From: a candidate division WOR-3 bacterium
GTDB lineage: Bacteria > Hydrothermota > Tepidihabitantia > Tepidihabitantales > Tepidihabitantaceae
Direction: 5' to 3'
Length of the DNA stretch: 64,000 nt
Assembly: GCA_965649295.1 (NCBI GenBank)
Contig: CBFGKH010000001.1
Coordinates: 128,001-192,000 of the forward strand
The position numbers were made by a program, and so were the translations under genes. Shown here in pieces: positions 1 through 9,512 of the stretch (the stretch's first letter is position 1; every line of letters starts with the position of its first letter). The notes beneath the pieces were generated by a model that saw only the letters and a list, made by a program, of their open reading frames with translations, was not told the DNA's origin and did no database searches.

Positions 1-2
1 AA

Positions 3-653
3 CTGGGCTGGCAGGTGCCGCTGCCGATTGGCCGCCTGACAATCGAGGGCTACTATCGCCGCACCAGCAACGTCATTGACGAACTGACATCGGTCTATGC
101 GCCCCAGGTCTTTCTGCGCCAACCGGCCAATGTCGGCAGTAGCCAAGCCACTGGTGCCGAGCTTGTAGCCTATGTGATGCTTAACCGGTGGCTTGGTCTA
201 AACCTGACCGGTGACATCTCCAACTATCGTCTCGCTGGCACCGCCAATGGTCGCTCCTTCGACACAACCAGCCTCAACTGGCAGACCAATCTCGGCTTCG
301 AAATCCGACCGCTGCCCGACATGCGAATCCAGCTTTTCGGCCGCTATTCCGGTCCCAGCGCCACTGCTCAGGGAACCCAAGATGGCTTCCTGATGACTGG
401 TGCCTCAATTCGGCAACAACTGCTCCAACGCCGGCTCTCACTCACGCTCCAAGCCCAAGACCTCCTCGGCACATCCGGCCACGGCGGGACCGCTGGTGGC
501 GATGGTTACGACTTCTACACCCGGTTCCGCTTTCAGCGCGCTCAGGCCCCGAGTTTCTCGCTTGGCCTCACCTGGAACTTCAATAACTACCGGCCTGAAC
601 GGCGCCGCACCACAACCGAAGAAATCGACGAACCCGATGACCTAATGCGCTAG
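3..653 (+). CDS. Outer-membrane beta-barrel / TonB-dependent receptor family protein, C-terminal part (5'-truncated by window)
   Basis: The frame is open from the window edge. Alternating beta-strand pattern, 'LSLTLQAQDLL' and terminal 'FSLGLTWNFNNY' are typical of OMP beta-barrel family 3 proteins. Confidence 0.75.
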   Translation: MGWQVPLPIGRLTIEGYYRRTSNVIDELTSVYAPQVFLRQPANVGSSQATGAELVAYVMLNRWLGLNLTGDISNYRLAGTANGRSFDTTSLNWQTNLGFEIRPLPDMRIQLFGRYSGPSATAQGTQDGFLMTGASIRQQLLQRRLSLTLQAQDLLGTSGHGGTAGGDGYDFYTRFRFQRAQAPSFSLGLTWNFNNYRPERRRTTTEEIDEPDDLMR

Positions 654-750
654 CCACCGCTTCTGCTTGACTTCGCGTCCATTCCTGCTTGAATGGACGC
701 TATCGTGTAATCGCCACCCGGCAGTCCGACAAGACCAAACGGAGTAACCA

Positions 751-1881
751 ATGGTATCGCGCACCTATCTGAGCCAGCTCCGCAAATCATTCCCTAAGCT
801 GGCCCAAAAGCACGGCACACCGCTCTTTGTCATATCCCGTACCCTGCTGCTTGCCCAGGTCGCCCGCTTTCGCAAGCTGCTACCGCGGGTCGAGCCGTTC
901 TATGCGGTCAAGGCCAATCCTAATCCAAACGTGCTCAAGCTGCTGGCCGGTGCTGGCCTTGGGTTTGATGTTGCCTCAGTGCCGGAAATCGAATGGGCGC
1001 TGGCAGCCGGCGCTACGCCGGACCGACTCATCTTCGCCAACACGATGAAGAGCGACGCCGCTATCGAGTTTGCTGCCAAGCAACGGGTCAACCTGATGAC
1101 GTTCGACTCCGAGTATGAGCTCCAGAAGATTGCCCGTCATGCACCCAAGGCCCGAGTGCTGGTGCGCATCAAGGTGCCCAATGTTGGCTCGATTGTTGAG
1201 CTCTCGCTCAAGTTTGGCGCTGAGCCGGCTGACGCGGTCCCGCTTTTACTCAAGGCCAAACGACTCGGTCTGCAACCGGTCGGCGTCTGTTTCCACGTCG
1301 GCTCCCAGTGCACCCATGGCTCCAATTACCTTGAAGCCTTCGAGTTGACCAAGATAATCGTCAACGACGCAGCCCGCAAGGGTCTGCCCATTGAACTGAT
1401 TGACATTGGTGGTGGTTTTCCCATTCGCCATTTTGACAGTGATGACGACTGGTTTGCTGCCATGGCCCCGGCCATGCGCATGGAGATGGACCGACTGTTT
1501 GAGCCGAATCTCCGCATCATCGCTGAGCCGGGCCGGGCCCTAGTCGGCCCCTCGTCATTCCTGCTGCTGAGCGTCATCGGCAAATCAATCCGTAACAACA
1601 AGCACTGGTACTTCCTCGACGACGGCGTCTATGGCGCGCTCTCTGGCACTATCTTTGACCACTGCAAGTACCAGTTCAATGTGCTCAAGCGCGGCCCCAC
1701 CCAGTTGAGCACCCTTGCCGGCCCGACCTGCGATTCGCTCGACATCATCTCCAGCGACGAGGAACTGCCCGAACTTGAACCCGGTGACCTGGTCTATGCC
1801 CAGAATATCGGTGCCTACTCTATTGCCCATGCCACGAGTTTCAACGGCATACCACCAGCCAAAGCAATTCTTGTTCCTTGA
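751..1881 (+). CDS. Ornithine (/lysine) decarboxylase, PLP fold type III
   Basis: Motifs FYAVKAN (PLP Lys), FDVAS, FHVGSQ, DIGGGF, AEPGR, GPTCDSLD and IGAYS; specificity segment IFDH. SD 'ggag' upstream. Confidence 0.92.
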   Translation: MVSRTYLSQLRKSFPKLAQKHGTPLFVISRTLLLAQVARFRKLLPRVEPFYAVKANPNPNVLKLLAGAGLGFDVASVPEIEWALAAGATPDRLIFANTMKSDAAIEFAAKQRVNLMTFDSEYELQKIARHAPKARVLVRIKVPNVGSIVELSLKFGAEPADAVPLLLKAKRLGLQPVGVCFHVGSQCTHGSNYLEAFELTKIIVNDAARKGLPIELIDIGGGFPIRHFDSDDDWFAAMAPAMRMEMDRLFEPNLRIIAEPGRALVGPSSFLLLSVIGKSIRNNKHWYFLDDGVYGALSGTIFDHCKYQFNVLKRGPTQLSTLAGPTCDSLDIISSDEELPELEPGDLVYAQNIGAYSIAHATSFNGIPPAKAILVP

Positions 1882-1890
1882 AGGAGCAAC

Positions 1891-3099
1891 ATGAGCAAAC
1901 GTCGTCTATCGAGTCAAGGCGCCGCCAGCAAGCCGGCGGTTTCTCCGCGCATGCGCCGTGACCTCTCTGAGGTTCCGGAGTGGCTGCGCGAACGCGAGTG
2001 TCCCCACAAGCAGCAATACCTGAGCGGCCAGCGCATCCTGCCCAAAGGCATCACCGGCAAGGAGAGCATTAGCCGGCTGATGGACGATGCCTTCCTTGCC
2101 TACAATGCTGCCCGGCTGCGTCAGGGCTGCCGGCTCTTCGTCGAGAAGATGCTCGCCCCGGACACAACCGTCGGCATGAGCCTGGCCGGTGCCCTTACCC
2201 CGGCTGGCCTCGGCTGCTCCTGCATCGTGCCGCTAATCAAGGCCGGCTTTGTTGACTGGATTGTCGCCACTGGCGCCAACATGTACCACGACCTCCACTT
2301 CGCCTTCAACCTGCCACTTCACGTCGGCTCCCACATTGTTGACGACACCGACCTGCGCCAGAACGACGTCGTCCGCATCTACGACATCTTCCTCGGCTAT
2401 ACCGACTGCTTGATGGAGACCGACAAGATACTGCGCACAATCCTGGTCCAGCCCGAGTTTCAGAAAGAGATGGGCACCGCCGAGTTCTACTATCTCCTCG
2501 GTCGCTACGCTGCCGAATGGGAACGTAAGAGCGGCAACCGTGACGTCTCGGTACTCGCTGCCGCCTACCGCTGCGGCGTTCCAATTCACACGAGCTCGCC
2601 AGGCGATTCTACCATCGGCATGAACATCGCCGGCCTCGAACTGAAGGGCTTGAAGCTCCGCATCAACCCTTCGATTGACGTCAATGAGACCACCTCCTAC
2701 GTGCTGGCTGCTAAACGCTCTGGTGGCAAACACGCGGTTGTACTGATTGGCGGCGGCAGCCCCAAGAACTTCATGCTCCAGACCGAACCCCAGATTCAGG
2801 AAGTCCTAATGATAAAGGAATACGGCCAGGACTATTTCTTCCAGGTTACTGATGCTCGGCCCGATACCGGCGGTCTGTCCGGTGCCACCCCACACGAAGC
2901 CGTAAGCTGGGGCAAGGTTGATCCAAACCAGCTGCCCGATGCCATTGTCTGCTACGCCGACTCAACTATCGTCCTACCGATTCTGACGCACTACGCCCTT
3001 GCCAATCACAAGAAGCGGAAGCTGCGCCGGCTCTACGACCAGCGGCCCAAACTGATGGAGAACCTTCGGCAGGAGTTCTTCGCCCACACTCACTTCTAG
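1891..3099 (+). CDS. Deoxyhypusine synthase-like protein (homospermidine synthase SpeY-like)
   Basis: Motifs [27 protein letters not shown] and [18 protein letters not shown] (catalytic Lys). SD 'aaggag'. Confidence 0.9.
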   Translation: MSKRRLSSQGAASKPAVSPRMRRDLSEVPEWLRERECPHKQQYLSGQRILPKGITGKESISRLMDDAFLAYNAARLRQGCRLFVEKMLAPDTTVGMSLAGALTPAGLGCSCIVPLIKAGFVDWIVATGANMYHDLHFAFNLPLHVGSHIVDDTDLRQNDVVRIYDIFLGYTDCLMETDKILRTILVQPEFQKEMGTAEFYYLLGRYAAEWERKSGNRDVSVLAAAYRCGVPIHTSSPGDSTIGMNIAGLELKGLKLRINPSIDVNETTSYVLAAKRSGGKHAVVLIGGGSPKNFMLQTEPQIQEVLMIKEYGQDYFFQVTDARPDTGGLSGATPHEAVSWGKVDPNQLPDAIVCYADSTIVLPILTHYALANHKKRKLRRLYDQRPKLMENLRQEFFAHTHF

Positions 3100-3130
3100 C
3101 CGACACTTATCCATTTCCGATTACCGACTT

Positions 3131-3152
3131 GCGGGCCGGTCACCCGGCCCGC
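3131..3152. terminator. GC-rich hairpin between convergent genes, probable terminator
   Basis: gcgggccgg-tcac-ccggcccgc, a perfect 9-bp stem 32 nt after the DHS stop; the U-tract is weak. Confidence 0.6.
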
Positions 3153-3187
3153 CTCATTTCTAGCTACGGATGCTGCTCGGCTGCGGT

Positions 3188-4192
3188 CTATCCCTGCTTA
3201 CCGGCTGGGTTCTGACGGTCAGCCTCTACTGGCACCGGCTCTTTCAGCACTTTGCTCAATACCCAAGTAACAATTGCGGCCAGCACCAGCCGCGGCACGA
3301 TTATCCAGAACAACCGAACAAGCTTGTCGTGGAGAGTGTCAGTGCCAATGACCATGAATATCGCGGTGTCCTCGAACAACCCGTGACAGAGAGCGAGGAA
3401 CGTGGCGACGAGGGTCACCTGCTTTGAGTCGAGTTGTCCTTCGCGCACACTTTCAGTGATAACTCCAGCTCCAAAGACAATGCCGAACACATTACCCGCG
3501 AGCCACGGCATTCCGGCTTCCTTCTTCAGGCCAAAGAAACGAGTGACGCGGCTGATTGCCCGCAGGATGCGCTCAAGCCAGTCGTAGCGCCGCGCCCACT
3601 CCAGCACCACAAAGATGGCCACCAGCACCAGCAACATCTTCAGACCGGTATCAAACAAGCCACGTGCCCAGCCACTCAGGGCCGGGCCCAGCCCAGAGAA
3701 ACGCAACTGGGCCATCGCCGCCAGGCGGGCTGCATCGGCTGAGCCCAGCACGTCAGTGCGCACGAGTATCCGAGAAAGACCGATGCCAGCAGCAAACGAA
3801 ACAGCAAGTCGAATTGCCCAAAGCAGCCACCACTTGGCCCTAATTTGAAAGAAAACCGCAGTCTCAAGTATCTGGGAATGCGATAGCAGCAGCATCAGAC
3901 TGAGCACGGTCAGTTGCGAGCTGTTGATATGAAGGGCAGTGATTGCACCAAGCCCGGCATAAAGGTTGATGACGTTGCCGAGAATCATCGCCAGTGCTGC
4001 CTCACCAGGCAGACCAAAATACTTCATGAACGGGGCCATGAACTGGGCAAAGACGCGAATCACCGGCGTGTACTTGAGGAACGTGACCAGCGTATAGACC
4101 GGCCCGACGATCAGCATCAGCTTCAGAAATGCCCTTGTTCCGTGCCAAGCACCGTCCCGAGTAGCCTTGGCAAACGAACCGGTGACCGCCAT
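3188..4192 (-). CDS. Nucleoside-recognition (Gate) domain membrane protein
   Basis: Two hydrophobic repeats with 'GLPGEAA', 'NLYAG', 'GIVFGAG' and 'CHGLFED'. Probable ATG at 4192 overlaps the lpxH TGA (TGATG). Confidence 0.75.
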   Translation of the reverse strand: MAVTGSFAKATRDGAWHGTRAFLKLMLIVGPVYTLVTFLKYTPVIRVFAQFMAPFMKYFGLPGEAALAMILGNVINLYAGLGAITALHINSSQLTVLSLMLLLSHSQILETAVFFQIRAKWWLLWAIRLAVSFAAGIGLSRILVRTDVLGSADAARLAAMAQLRFSGLGPALSGWARGLFDTGLKMLLVLVAIFVVLEWARRYDWLERILRAISRVTRFFGLKKEAGMPWLAGNVFGIVFGAGVITESVREGQLDSKQVTLVATFLALCHGLFEDTAIFMVIGTDTLHDKLVRLFWIIVPRLVLAAIVTWVLSKVLKEPVPVEADRQNPAGKQG

Positions 4193-4893
4193 CAGCCGTC
4201 GAACTCCATTAATTGGAACTGGCCGTCGCAGAGCAGGCCATAGCTCGAATGGACTATCCAATCACCGGTGTTTAGGTAAATGCCATTGCCGAGCCGACGC
4301 AACAGAGGTGCATGCGAGTGTCCAAGTACGACCGCATCAAAGCCGGCCGCCAGCTTGGTCTCGGCGAACACAGTCATTGCCTGGAGCAGATAAGGTTTGG
4401 CCGTCAGTTGCCGACTTCGCTCGGCCACTCGCTGGGCCAGACCAATCCCCAGGTCAGGATGAAGCAGCGAGTAGAGAAACCCGTTCACCGGGTTACGCAC
4501 TAGCCGGCGAAAGAAACGAGGAACAAGACCCTTGTCCAGGGCGTCGCCATGAGCAAGGTAAAGCCGCTTGCCGTCGAGCGTGATATCAAGCTCGTCCTCA
4601 GCCCGGGCCCCGAACTCGCGCCAGAGAAAGTCCTTGAACCAGAAATCGTGGTTACCTTTGAGGTAACCAATCGTCGTCCCTGATCGGTGCAGCTCATCGA
4701 GCAACGACAGCGCCCGGAATCCGACCTTGGGTATTGCTCGACCATACTCAATCCAGAACTCGAAGAGGTCGCCAAGAATGTAGAGCGAGTCAGCCCGACC
4801 GCAAAGTGAGTCGAGGAACCGAAAGAGCTTCTGCTCCGTGTTGCCGGTTCCGGCGCCAAGGTGAGCGTCAGATATGAAGTAGTGCTTGCTCAA
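4192..4893 (-). CDS. lpxH: UDP-2,3-diacylglucosamine diphosphatase
   Basis: Metallophosphoesterase motifs ISDAHLG, LGDLFEFW, GNHD, HGD, GHSH and NTGDW. Probable TTG start at 4893; the ORF track starts at 4932. Confidence 0.85.
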   Translation of the reverse strand: MSKHYFISDAHLGAGTGNTEQKLFRFLDSLCGRADSLYILGDLFEFWIEYGRAIPKVGFRALSLLDELHRSGTTIGYLKGNHDFWFKDFLWREFGARAEDELDITLDGKRLYLAHGDALDKGLVPRFFRRLVRNPVNGFLYSLLHPDLGIGLAQRVAERSRQLTAKPYLLQAMTVFAETKLAAGFDAVVLGHSHAPLLRRLGNGIYLNTGDWIVHSSYGLLCDGQFQLMEFDG

Positions 4894-6442
4894 TCTTGGC
4901 CAGTGAGACGGACAACGGTTGGGTTGTGTCAATCCGAACCAGATGGCGGCTGGGCCGAGGTGGCCGGAACCGACTCTTCATCGCCCGATAGACCTCCAGG
5001 TTGGCGTCGGAGAACGAATGCTCGATTGAGCGGTGGCGAAGCCGAGAGCGAACGATGCGCTCCGGACAGTCGGCGAGCACAAAGAGGTAGGGCACCTTGT
5101 GTCGTTTGGCCAGCTCGACCGCCCGCCGCCGCGAGTCGGGATGGAGAAATGTCGCATCCATTATCGTGCTGTGCCCGGCGGCAAGATAGACTCCTGCCCG
5201 CCGCATCATCTCATCGTAGGTCTTCTTGCCGATGTTCCCCTTGTAGATGCCCTGGTTATAGCCCTGGAACCGCTTTGACTCAATCGGTATGCCGAGCAGT
5301 TGCTTGCGCACCGAGTCAGAAAGGACATGGAACGCGCCAATCCGGTCAGCCAGCTTGCGCGCCACATAGGTCTTACCCACACCTGGCAGGCCCATCATCA
5401 CCACCAGCCGGGGCTGGGCAAAAAGGGCCTGGGCATAGCGATGGGAAAGCTCGAAGTAACGTCGCGCGGTCTTGCGTGCCTGCTCCTTCTGATCAGCCGA
5501 TATCCCCGGATCGTTGAGGTTGAAACTAGTCACCTTGCCCCGGACATAAGCCCGGTAGCACTTGTAGAAGTCAAGCAACCGCAGCAGGCCGGTATCCTTA
5601 GTATAGACGAGATAGCGCTCGACAAAGTAGCTGGCCAGGTCCTTGCGGCCGGCATATTCAAGGTCCATCACCATGAAGGCAATCTCTGCCGCCACATCCG
5701 AACAGGAGAAACGGGGATTGAACTCAATACAATCGAAGATGTACACTCGGTCGTCAACAAAGATGTTCTTAGAATGGAGGTCACCGTGGCAGCGCCGGAC
5801 AAATCCTGCCTCGCGCCGCCGCCGGAAGAACCCACGGTGCTCGCTGACGAACCGATCAACTGCCCGCTTAATCTCATCGAACTGACGATAGGTAATTGTC
5901 TTGCCGCGAAACTCCAGTGTCTGGGCAAAGTTCTCATCCCAGTTGAGTTTGATAATCTCCGAACTGCCGTATTGTGCAACCTGCGGGCCGCGCTCGGCCC
6001 GGGAATGGAACTCGGCAATCGAACGGGCAATCTGGTCAATGTGCTCATAGCGCACCCGGCCGCGGGCCAGTTGCTCGGTCATAATCCATTCCTGCGGCAG
6101 CTCCTTCATCGCCAGACAATAGTCAATCACTCGGCCCGAACCACCCAGCCGCACCTGTCCGCGCCTGACCACCAGTGGCAATACCGCCAGGTAGATATCG
6201 GGTGAGAGCGTCTGATTGAGCCGGAACTCCTCGTGGCAGAAGAACTGCCGCGCGGCCAGCGTCGTATAGTCAAGAAAACCGAAGTTGACCGGCTTCTTGA
6301 CCTTGTAGGCGTGAGTGCCAGTAAGGAAAACCCACGAGGTGTGAGTCTGAATCAGCCTGACCTTAGCTCCGGGCTCGTTCCAGACCCGACCGACCAACAG
6401 TTCGTTTACACGGCCCTGGATTGTCGGCTCGGGCCGGCTCAT
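4868..6442 (-). CDS. Aminoglycoside-phosphotransferase-like / AAA_33 kinase fusion protein
   Basis: QTHTSWVFL, KVKKPVNFGFLDY, CHGDLH and FDCIEFN, followed by the P-loop GLPGVGKT and DATF. Confidence 0.88.
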   Translation of the reverse strand: MSRPEPTIQGRVNELLVGRVWNEPGAKVRLIQTHTSWVFLTGTHAYKVKKPVNFGFLDYTTLAARQFFCHEEFRLNQTLSPDIYLAVLPLVVRRGQVRLGGSGRVIDYCLAMKELPQEWIMTEQLARGRVRYEHIDQIARSIAEFHSRAERGPQVAQYGSSEIIKLNWDENFAQTLEFRGKTITYRQFDEIKRAVDRFVSEHRGFFRRRREAGFVRRCHGDLHSKNIFVDDRVYIFDCIEFNPRFSCSDVAAEIAFMVMDLEYAGRKDLASYFVERYLVYTKDTGLLRLLDFYKCYRAYVRGKVTSFNLNDPGISADQKEQARKTARRYFELSHRYAQALFAQPRLVVMMGLPGVGKTYVARKLADRIGAFHVLSDSVRKQLLGIPIESKRFQGYNQGIYKGNIGKKTYDEMMRRAGVYLAAGHSTIMDATFLHPDSRRRAVELAKRHKVPYLFVLADCPERIVRSRLRHRSIEHSFSDANLEVYRAMKSRFRPPRPSRHLVRIDTTQPLSVSLAKIEQALLHI

Positions 6443-6447
6443 CTTCG

Positions 6448-6990
6448 CTACCGCTTGGCCAACGCCTGTTCGGCAATCTCCCAGCCGCGCCGCAGAGCCT
6501 GGTGGTTCACTTCCAGCGTCTTCGGCGGCACCCGGCTGGCCACTGCCCGTTCCAGCGACTGTAGCCTGACAACATTCGTCACTCGGGCAAGCGCTCCCAG
6601 CATGACGATATTCGTGAAAAGCTCGCGCCCGAGTTCACGCCGCGCCGTCTCCGCCATCGGCAGACAGATGGCATTCTCACGTGGACATTCGCGGACGTAG
6701 AAACTGTCGGTGATGGCAGTGCCGCGCAGCTTGAGGTCCTCGATGTAACGGTCAACCGCCTGCTGACTCAGTAGCACCAGCACATCGAGCTTGCGGCACT
6801 TGGGAAAGAGAATCGGCTCATCGGCGATGATAACATCAGCCTTCGACGCGCCACCCCGCGCCTCCGGCCCGTAGCTCTGAGTCTGAACAACCTGCCGACC
6901 CTCGTGGACGCCAGCGGCCTCGGCCAGAATCACGCTCGCTAAAATCACACCCTGCCCACCAGTCCCAGCCAGCCTGATTTCGACCTTCAT
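6448..6990 (-). CDS. 2-oxoacid:ferredoxin oxidoreductase gamma subunit
   Basis: MKVEIRLAGTGGQG, QSYGPEARGGAS and NIVMLGAL. ATG at 6990. Confidence 0.92.
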   Translation of the reverse strand: MKVEIRLAGTGGQGVILASVILAEAAGVHEGRQVVQTQSYGPEARGGASKADVIIADEPILFPKCRKLDVLVLLSQQAVDRYIEDLKLRGTAITDSFYVRECPRENAICLPMAETARRELGRELFTNIVMLGALARVTNVVRLQSLERAVASRVPPKTLEVNHQALRRGWEIAEQALAKR

Positions 6991-7051
6991 TGTTGTTTCG
7001 CCGCCGCGACTCGGCGCTTCGTCTTCGGTACTCTCGCCACTGGCTTTATCC

Positions 7052-7939
7052 TCATTCCTTGCCCTGGGCCTTCCGGCGCACCTGCTCGTACAACTGAGTA
7101 TAGGGCGGCACCTCTTCCCGGTCGTGGAGCACGCCGATGACAAACTTGTCCTGCACCTGCCACGGGTCAGCAACCTTGCTCACATCAACACTTCGGTCCC
7201 GAATCCACTCCAACATCTTCACCGCGTCGCCCAGCCCCTGATGCCGCCCATACAAAGTCGGGCACTGCGAAATAATCTCGACGACGCTGAAGCCGCGCTT
7301 GCCAATCGCCAGTTTGGCCATCTTCTTCAGATGCGCGACATGGAAGGTTGTACTGCGGGCAACAAACATCGCCCCTGTTGCCCGCGCCATAAAGCAGGTA
7401 TCAAAGTCACGTTCGACATTGCCGAACGGCGCAGTAGCCGCCTTCTCGTTTGTCGGCGTCGTCGGCGAATACTGGCCACCGGTCATCCCGTAAGTGAAAT
7501 TGTTCAGCACGAACACGGTCAGGTCGAGATTGCGCCGGGCCGAGTGGATAAAGTGGTTACCGCCAATCGCCAGCATGTCGCCATCACCGCCGAATACGAC
7601 CACCTTCAGCTCTGGCTTGGCCAACTTTACCCCGGTCGCTGCAGGCAAGGCCCGGCCATGCAGGGTGTGGAAAGTGTCGCAGTCAAGATAGCCAGAAATC
7701 CGCGACGAGCAGCCAATACCCGAGACAACGCAGAGCTCGTCCTGGCTGATTCCGAGTTCAATGAACGCCCGCACCACCGTGTTCATTGCCGTGCCGATGC
7801 CACAGCCCGGGCAGAGGATATGCGGCAGGCGCTCATCTACCCGAAAATAGCGCAGCAGGTCGAGCGCTTCGCCACACTCGCTACCCAGTCCCTCGATACC
7901 GTATCCGTCGTTCGCCATGTGCCCTTCTGAGCCCGTCAT
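7052..7939 (-). CDS. 2-oxoacid:ferredoxin oxidoreductase beta subunit (TPP-binding)
   Basis: CPGCG, SGIGCS, HTLHGRA, GGDGD...IGGNHF and NNFTYGMTGGQ. The start may be 7918. Confidence 0.93.
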   Translation of the reverse strand: MTGSEGHMANDGYGIEGLGSECGEALDLLRYFRVDERLPHILCPGCGIGTAMNTVVRAFIELGISQDELCVVSGIGCSSRISGYLDCDTFHTLHGRALPAATGVKLAKPELKVVVFGGDGDMLAIGGNHFIHSARRNLDLTVFVLNNFTYGMTGGQYSPTTPTNEKAATAPFGNVERDFDTCFMARATGAMFVARSTTFHVAHLKKMAKLAIGKRGFSVVEIISQCPTLYGRHQGLGDAVKMLEWIRDRSVDVSKVADPWQVQDKFVIGVLHDREEVPPYTQLYEQVRRKAQGKE

Positions 7940-7942
7940 CCT

Positions 7943-9049
7943 CTAGATTGCCTCGATTATCTCTTCCGGCGTCAGCATCTCGCCGTCATAGCGGAGCACC
8001 GATATCACCGGCACATTACGACTGACCGTCCGCTCGATTGTCCGCCGCAACTGCCCCTGATTCATCTCCGGCACAATCACCCGCCGCGCACTGCGCAGCA
8101 GTGAAATCAGCCGGCCGGTTGGAAACGGCCAAATCATCCGCAACCGCAGAATCCCGACCCGCCGACCGGTCTTCTGCTCGAACTGCCGCTTAGCCTCCAT
8201 TGCCGAACGGGCCGCGCTGCCGTAGCAGACAATCACTGTCTCCGCTCCGATGTCCTCATAGGCGATGTCCCAGAGCCAGCCGCGATTGTCGTCAATCTTC
8301 CGACGCAGCCGGTCCATGTTCCAGCGAATAATCTCCGGGTCGTCAGTAGGAAAGCCGTCCTTGCGGTGCGTCAGGCCGGTCAGATGAATCCGGTACCCCT
8401 CGCCAAAACTGGCAATTCGGGCATCGTAGTTGTTCGAGTCGTCGTAATGATAATACTGGTCTGCTGGCACCTTCGGCTTATCTGACTGCCAGACCGTCAC
8501 CTGCTCGGGCAGCTCCACCGCCTCGCGCATGTGCCCAACAATCTCATCCATCAGGACAATCACCGGTATCCGCAGCCGCTCTGAGACATTGACCGCAGCC
8601 ACGGTCAGGTCAAAACACTCGCGCACACTCCAGGGACAGACCGCCACAATCGGATGGTCACCATGCGTGCCGTGCCGCGCCTGCATCACATCGCCCTGTG
8701 ATGTCCGCGTCGGCGTACCGGTTGCCGGCCCACCGCGCATCACATTGACAATCAGACACGGCAGCTCCGCCATAATTGAATAGCCAATCCCCTCCTGCAT
8801 CAAAGAGAACCCCGGCCCGGAAGTTGCCGTCATTGCCTTGACACCAGCAGCAGTCGCCCCATTCATCGCACAGATTGAGGCAATCTCGTCTTCCATCTGG
8901 ATGAACGTGCCACCAATCCTCGGTAGCTCCCGCGCCAAATACTCGGCAATCTCGGTTGAAGGCGTAATCGGGTAACCGGCAAAGAACCGCACGCCAGCTC
9001 GCACCGCACCAATCGCGCAGGCCTCGTTACCCGACAGTAGCTGCGTCAT
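7943..9049 (-). CDS. 2-oxoacid:ferredoxin oxidoreductase alpha subunit
   Basis: GNEACAIGA, AGYPITPSTE, QMEDEIAS, TATSGPGFSLM, MRGGP and PEMNQGQ. Confidence 0.95.
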   Translation of the reverse strand: MTQLLSGNEACAIGAVRAGVRFFAGYPITPSTEIAEYLARELPRIGGTFIQMEDEIASICAMNGATAAGVKAMTATSGPGFSLMQEGIGYSIMAELPCLIVNVMRGGPATGTPTRTSQGDVMQARHGTHGDHPIVAVCPWSVRECFDLTVAAVNVSERLRIPVIVLMDEIVGHMREAVELPEQVTVWQSDKPKVPADQYYHYDDSNNYDARIASFGEGYRIHLTGLTHRKDGFPTDDPEIIRWNMDRLRRKIDDNRGWLWDIAYEDIGAETVIVCYGSAARSAMEAKRQFEQKTGRRVGILRLRMIWPFPTGRLISLLRSARRVIVPEMNQGQLRRTIERTVSRNVPVISVLRYDGEMLTPEEIIEAI

Positions 9050-9495
9050 GCCCTGTCCCCTCCAGCACTCGGCAGTCTCGCATCTTGCCTCTCGCCTCTC
9101 TCCTCGCCCTCACTTTGACTTTTGGCTTCTGCATCTCGGCCCTTGACTCCCTCCGCCCTTTCTCCCTTCCGCACATATATCGCCGCATCCGGACACCGCA
9201 GCTCGCACATCCGACAGCCGATACACCGGTCCGGATGGAGTGCCGTAACCTTGAACCGGTCATCGAGATCGAGCGTCCCCGTTGGACAGAAATCAACACA
9301 GATGCGGCAGCCCTTGCAGAACTGCTTGATAATGGTAAACCGGTGCCCCTTGGGCGTAACCAAACAGACTGGCTCGGCGCGCAGAAACTTCTTCACCGGC
9401 GCCCTCGCCGGTGGCTTGCCAATTGCCTTGAATAGACGGGAAGAATCTTCATCGGTCTGCGCGTGCAATTCTAACCGAGCCGCCTCCACCGTCAA
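9046..9495 (-). CDS. 2x[4Fe-4S] ferredoxin (oxidoreductase delta subunit)
   Basis: CKGCRICVDFCP and CIGCRMCELRCPD. The C-terminal tail comes from a heptamer repeat tract. Confidence 0.88.
   Translation of the reverse strand: MTVEAARLELHAQTDEDSSRLFKAIGKPPARAPVKKFLRAEPVCLVTPKGHRFTIIKQFCKGCRICVDFCPTGTLDLDDRFKVTALHPDRCIGCRMCELRCPDAAIYVRKGERAEGVKGRDAEAKSQSEGEERGERQDARLPSAGGDRA
9073..9170. repeat. Degenerate heptamer tandem repeat tract
   Basis: cagtctc gcatctt gcctctc gcctctc tcctcgc cctcact ttgactt ttggctt ctgcatc... Confidence 0.65.
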
Positions 9496-9512
9496 CTTCC
9501 GACACCCCAGCC

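Noticed and set aside
1891..3099. DHS-like enzyme hypusinating the EF-P in this window
   Set aside because: This EF-P has no Lys at the loop tip, the genes are 27 kb apart, and the ODC neighbour points to polyamine synthesis.
5300..7930. Long plus-strand ORFs (5300-6205, 7124-7930) and similar antisense ORFs elsewhere (33889-34611, 61427-61861, 62387-62992)
   Set aside because: These are antisense shadows of well-supported genes, as expected in GC-rich DNA.
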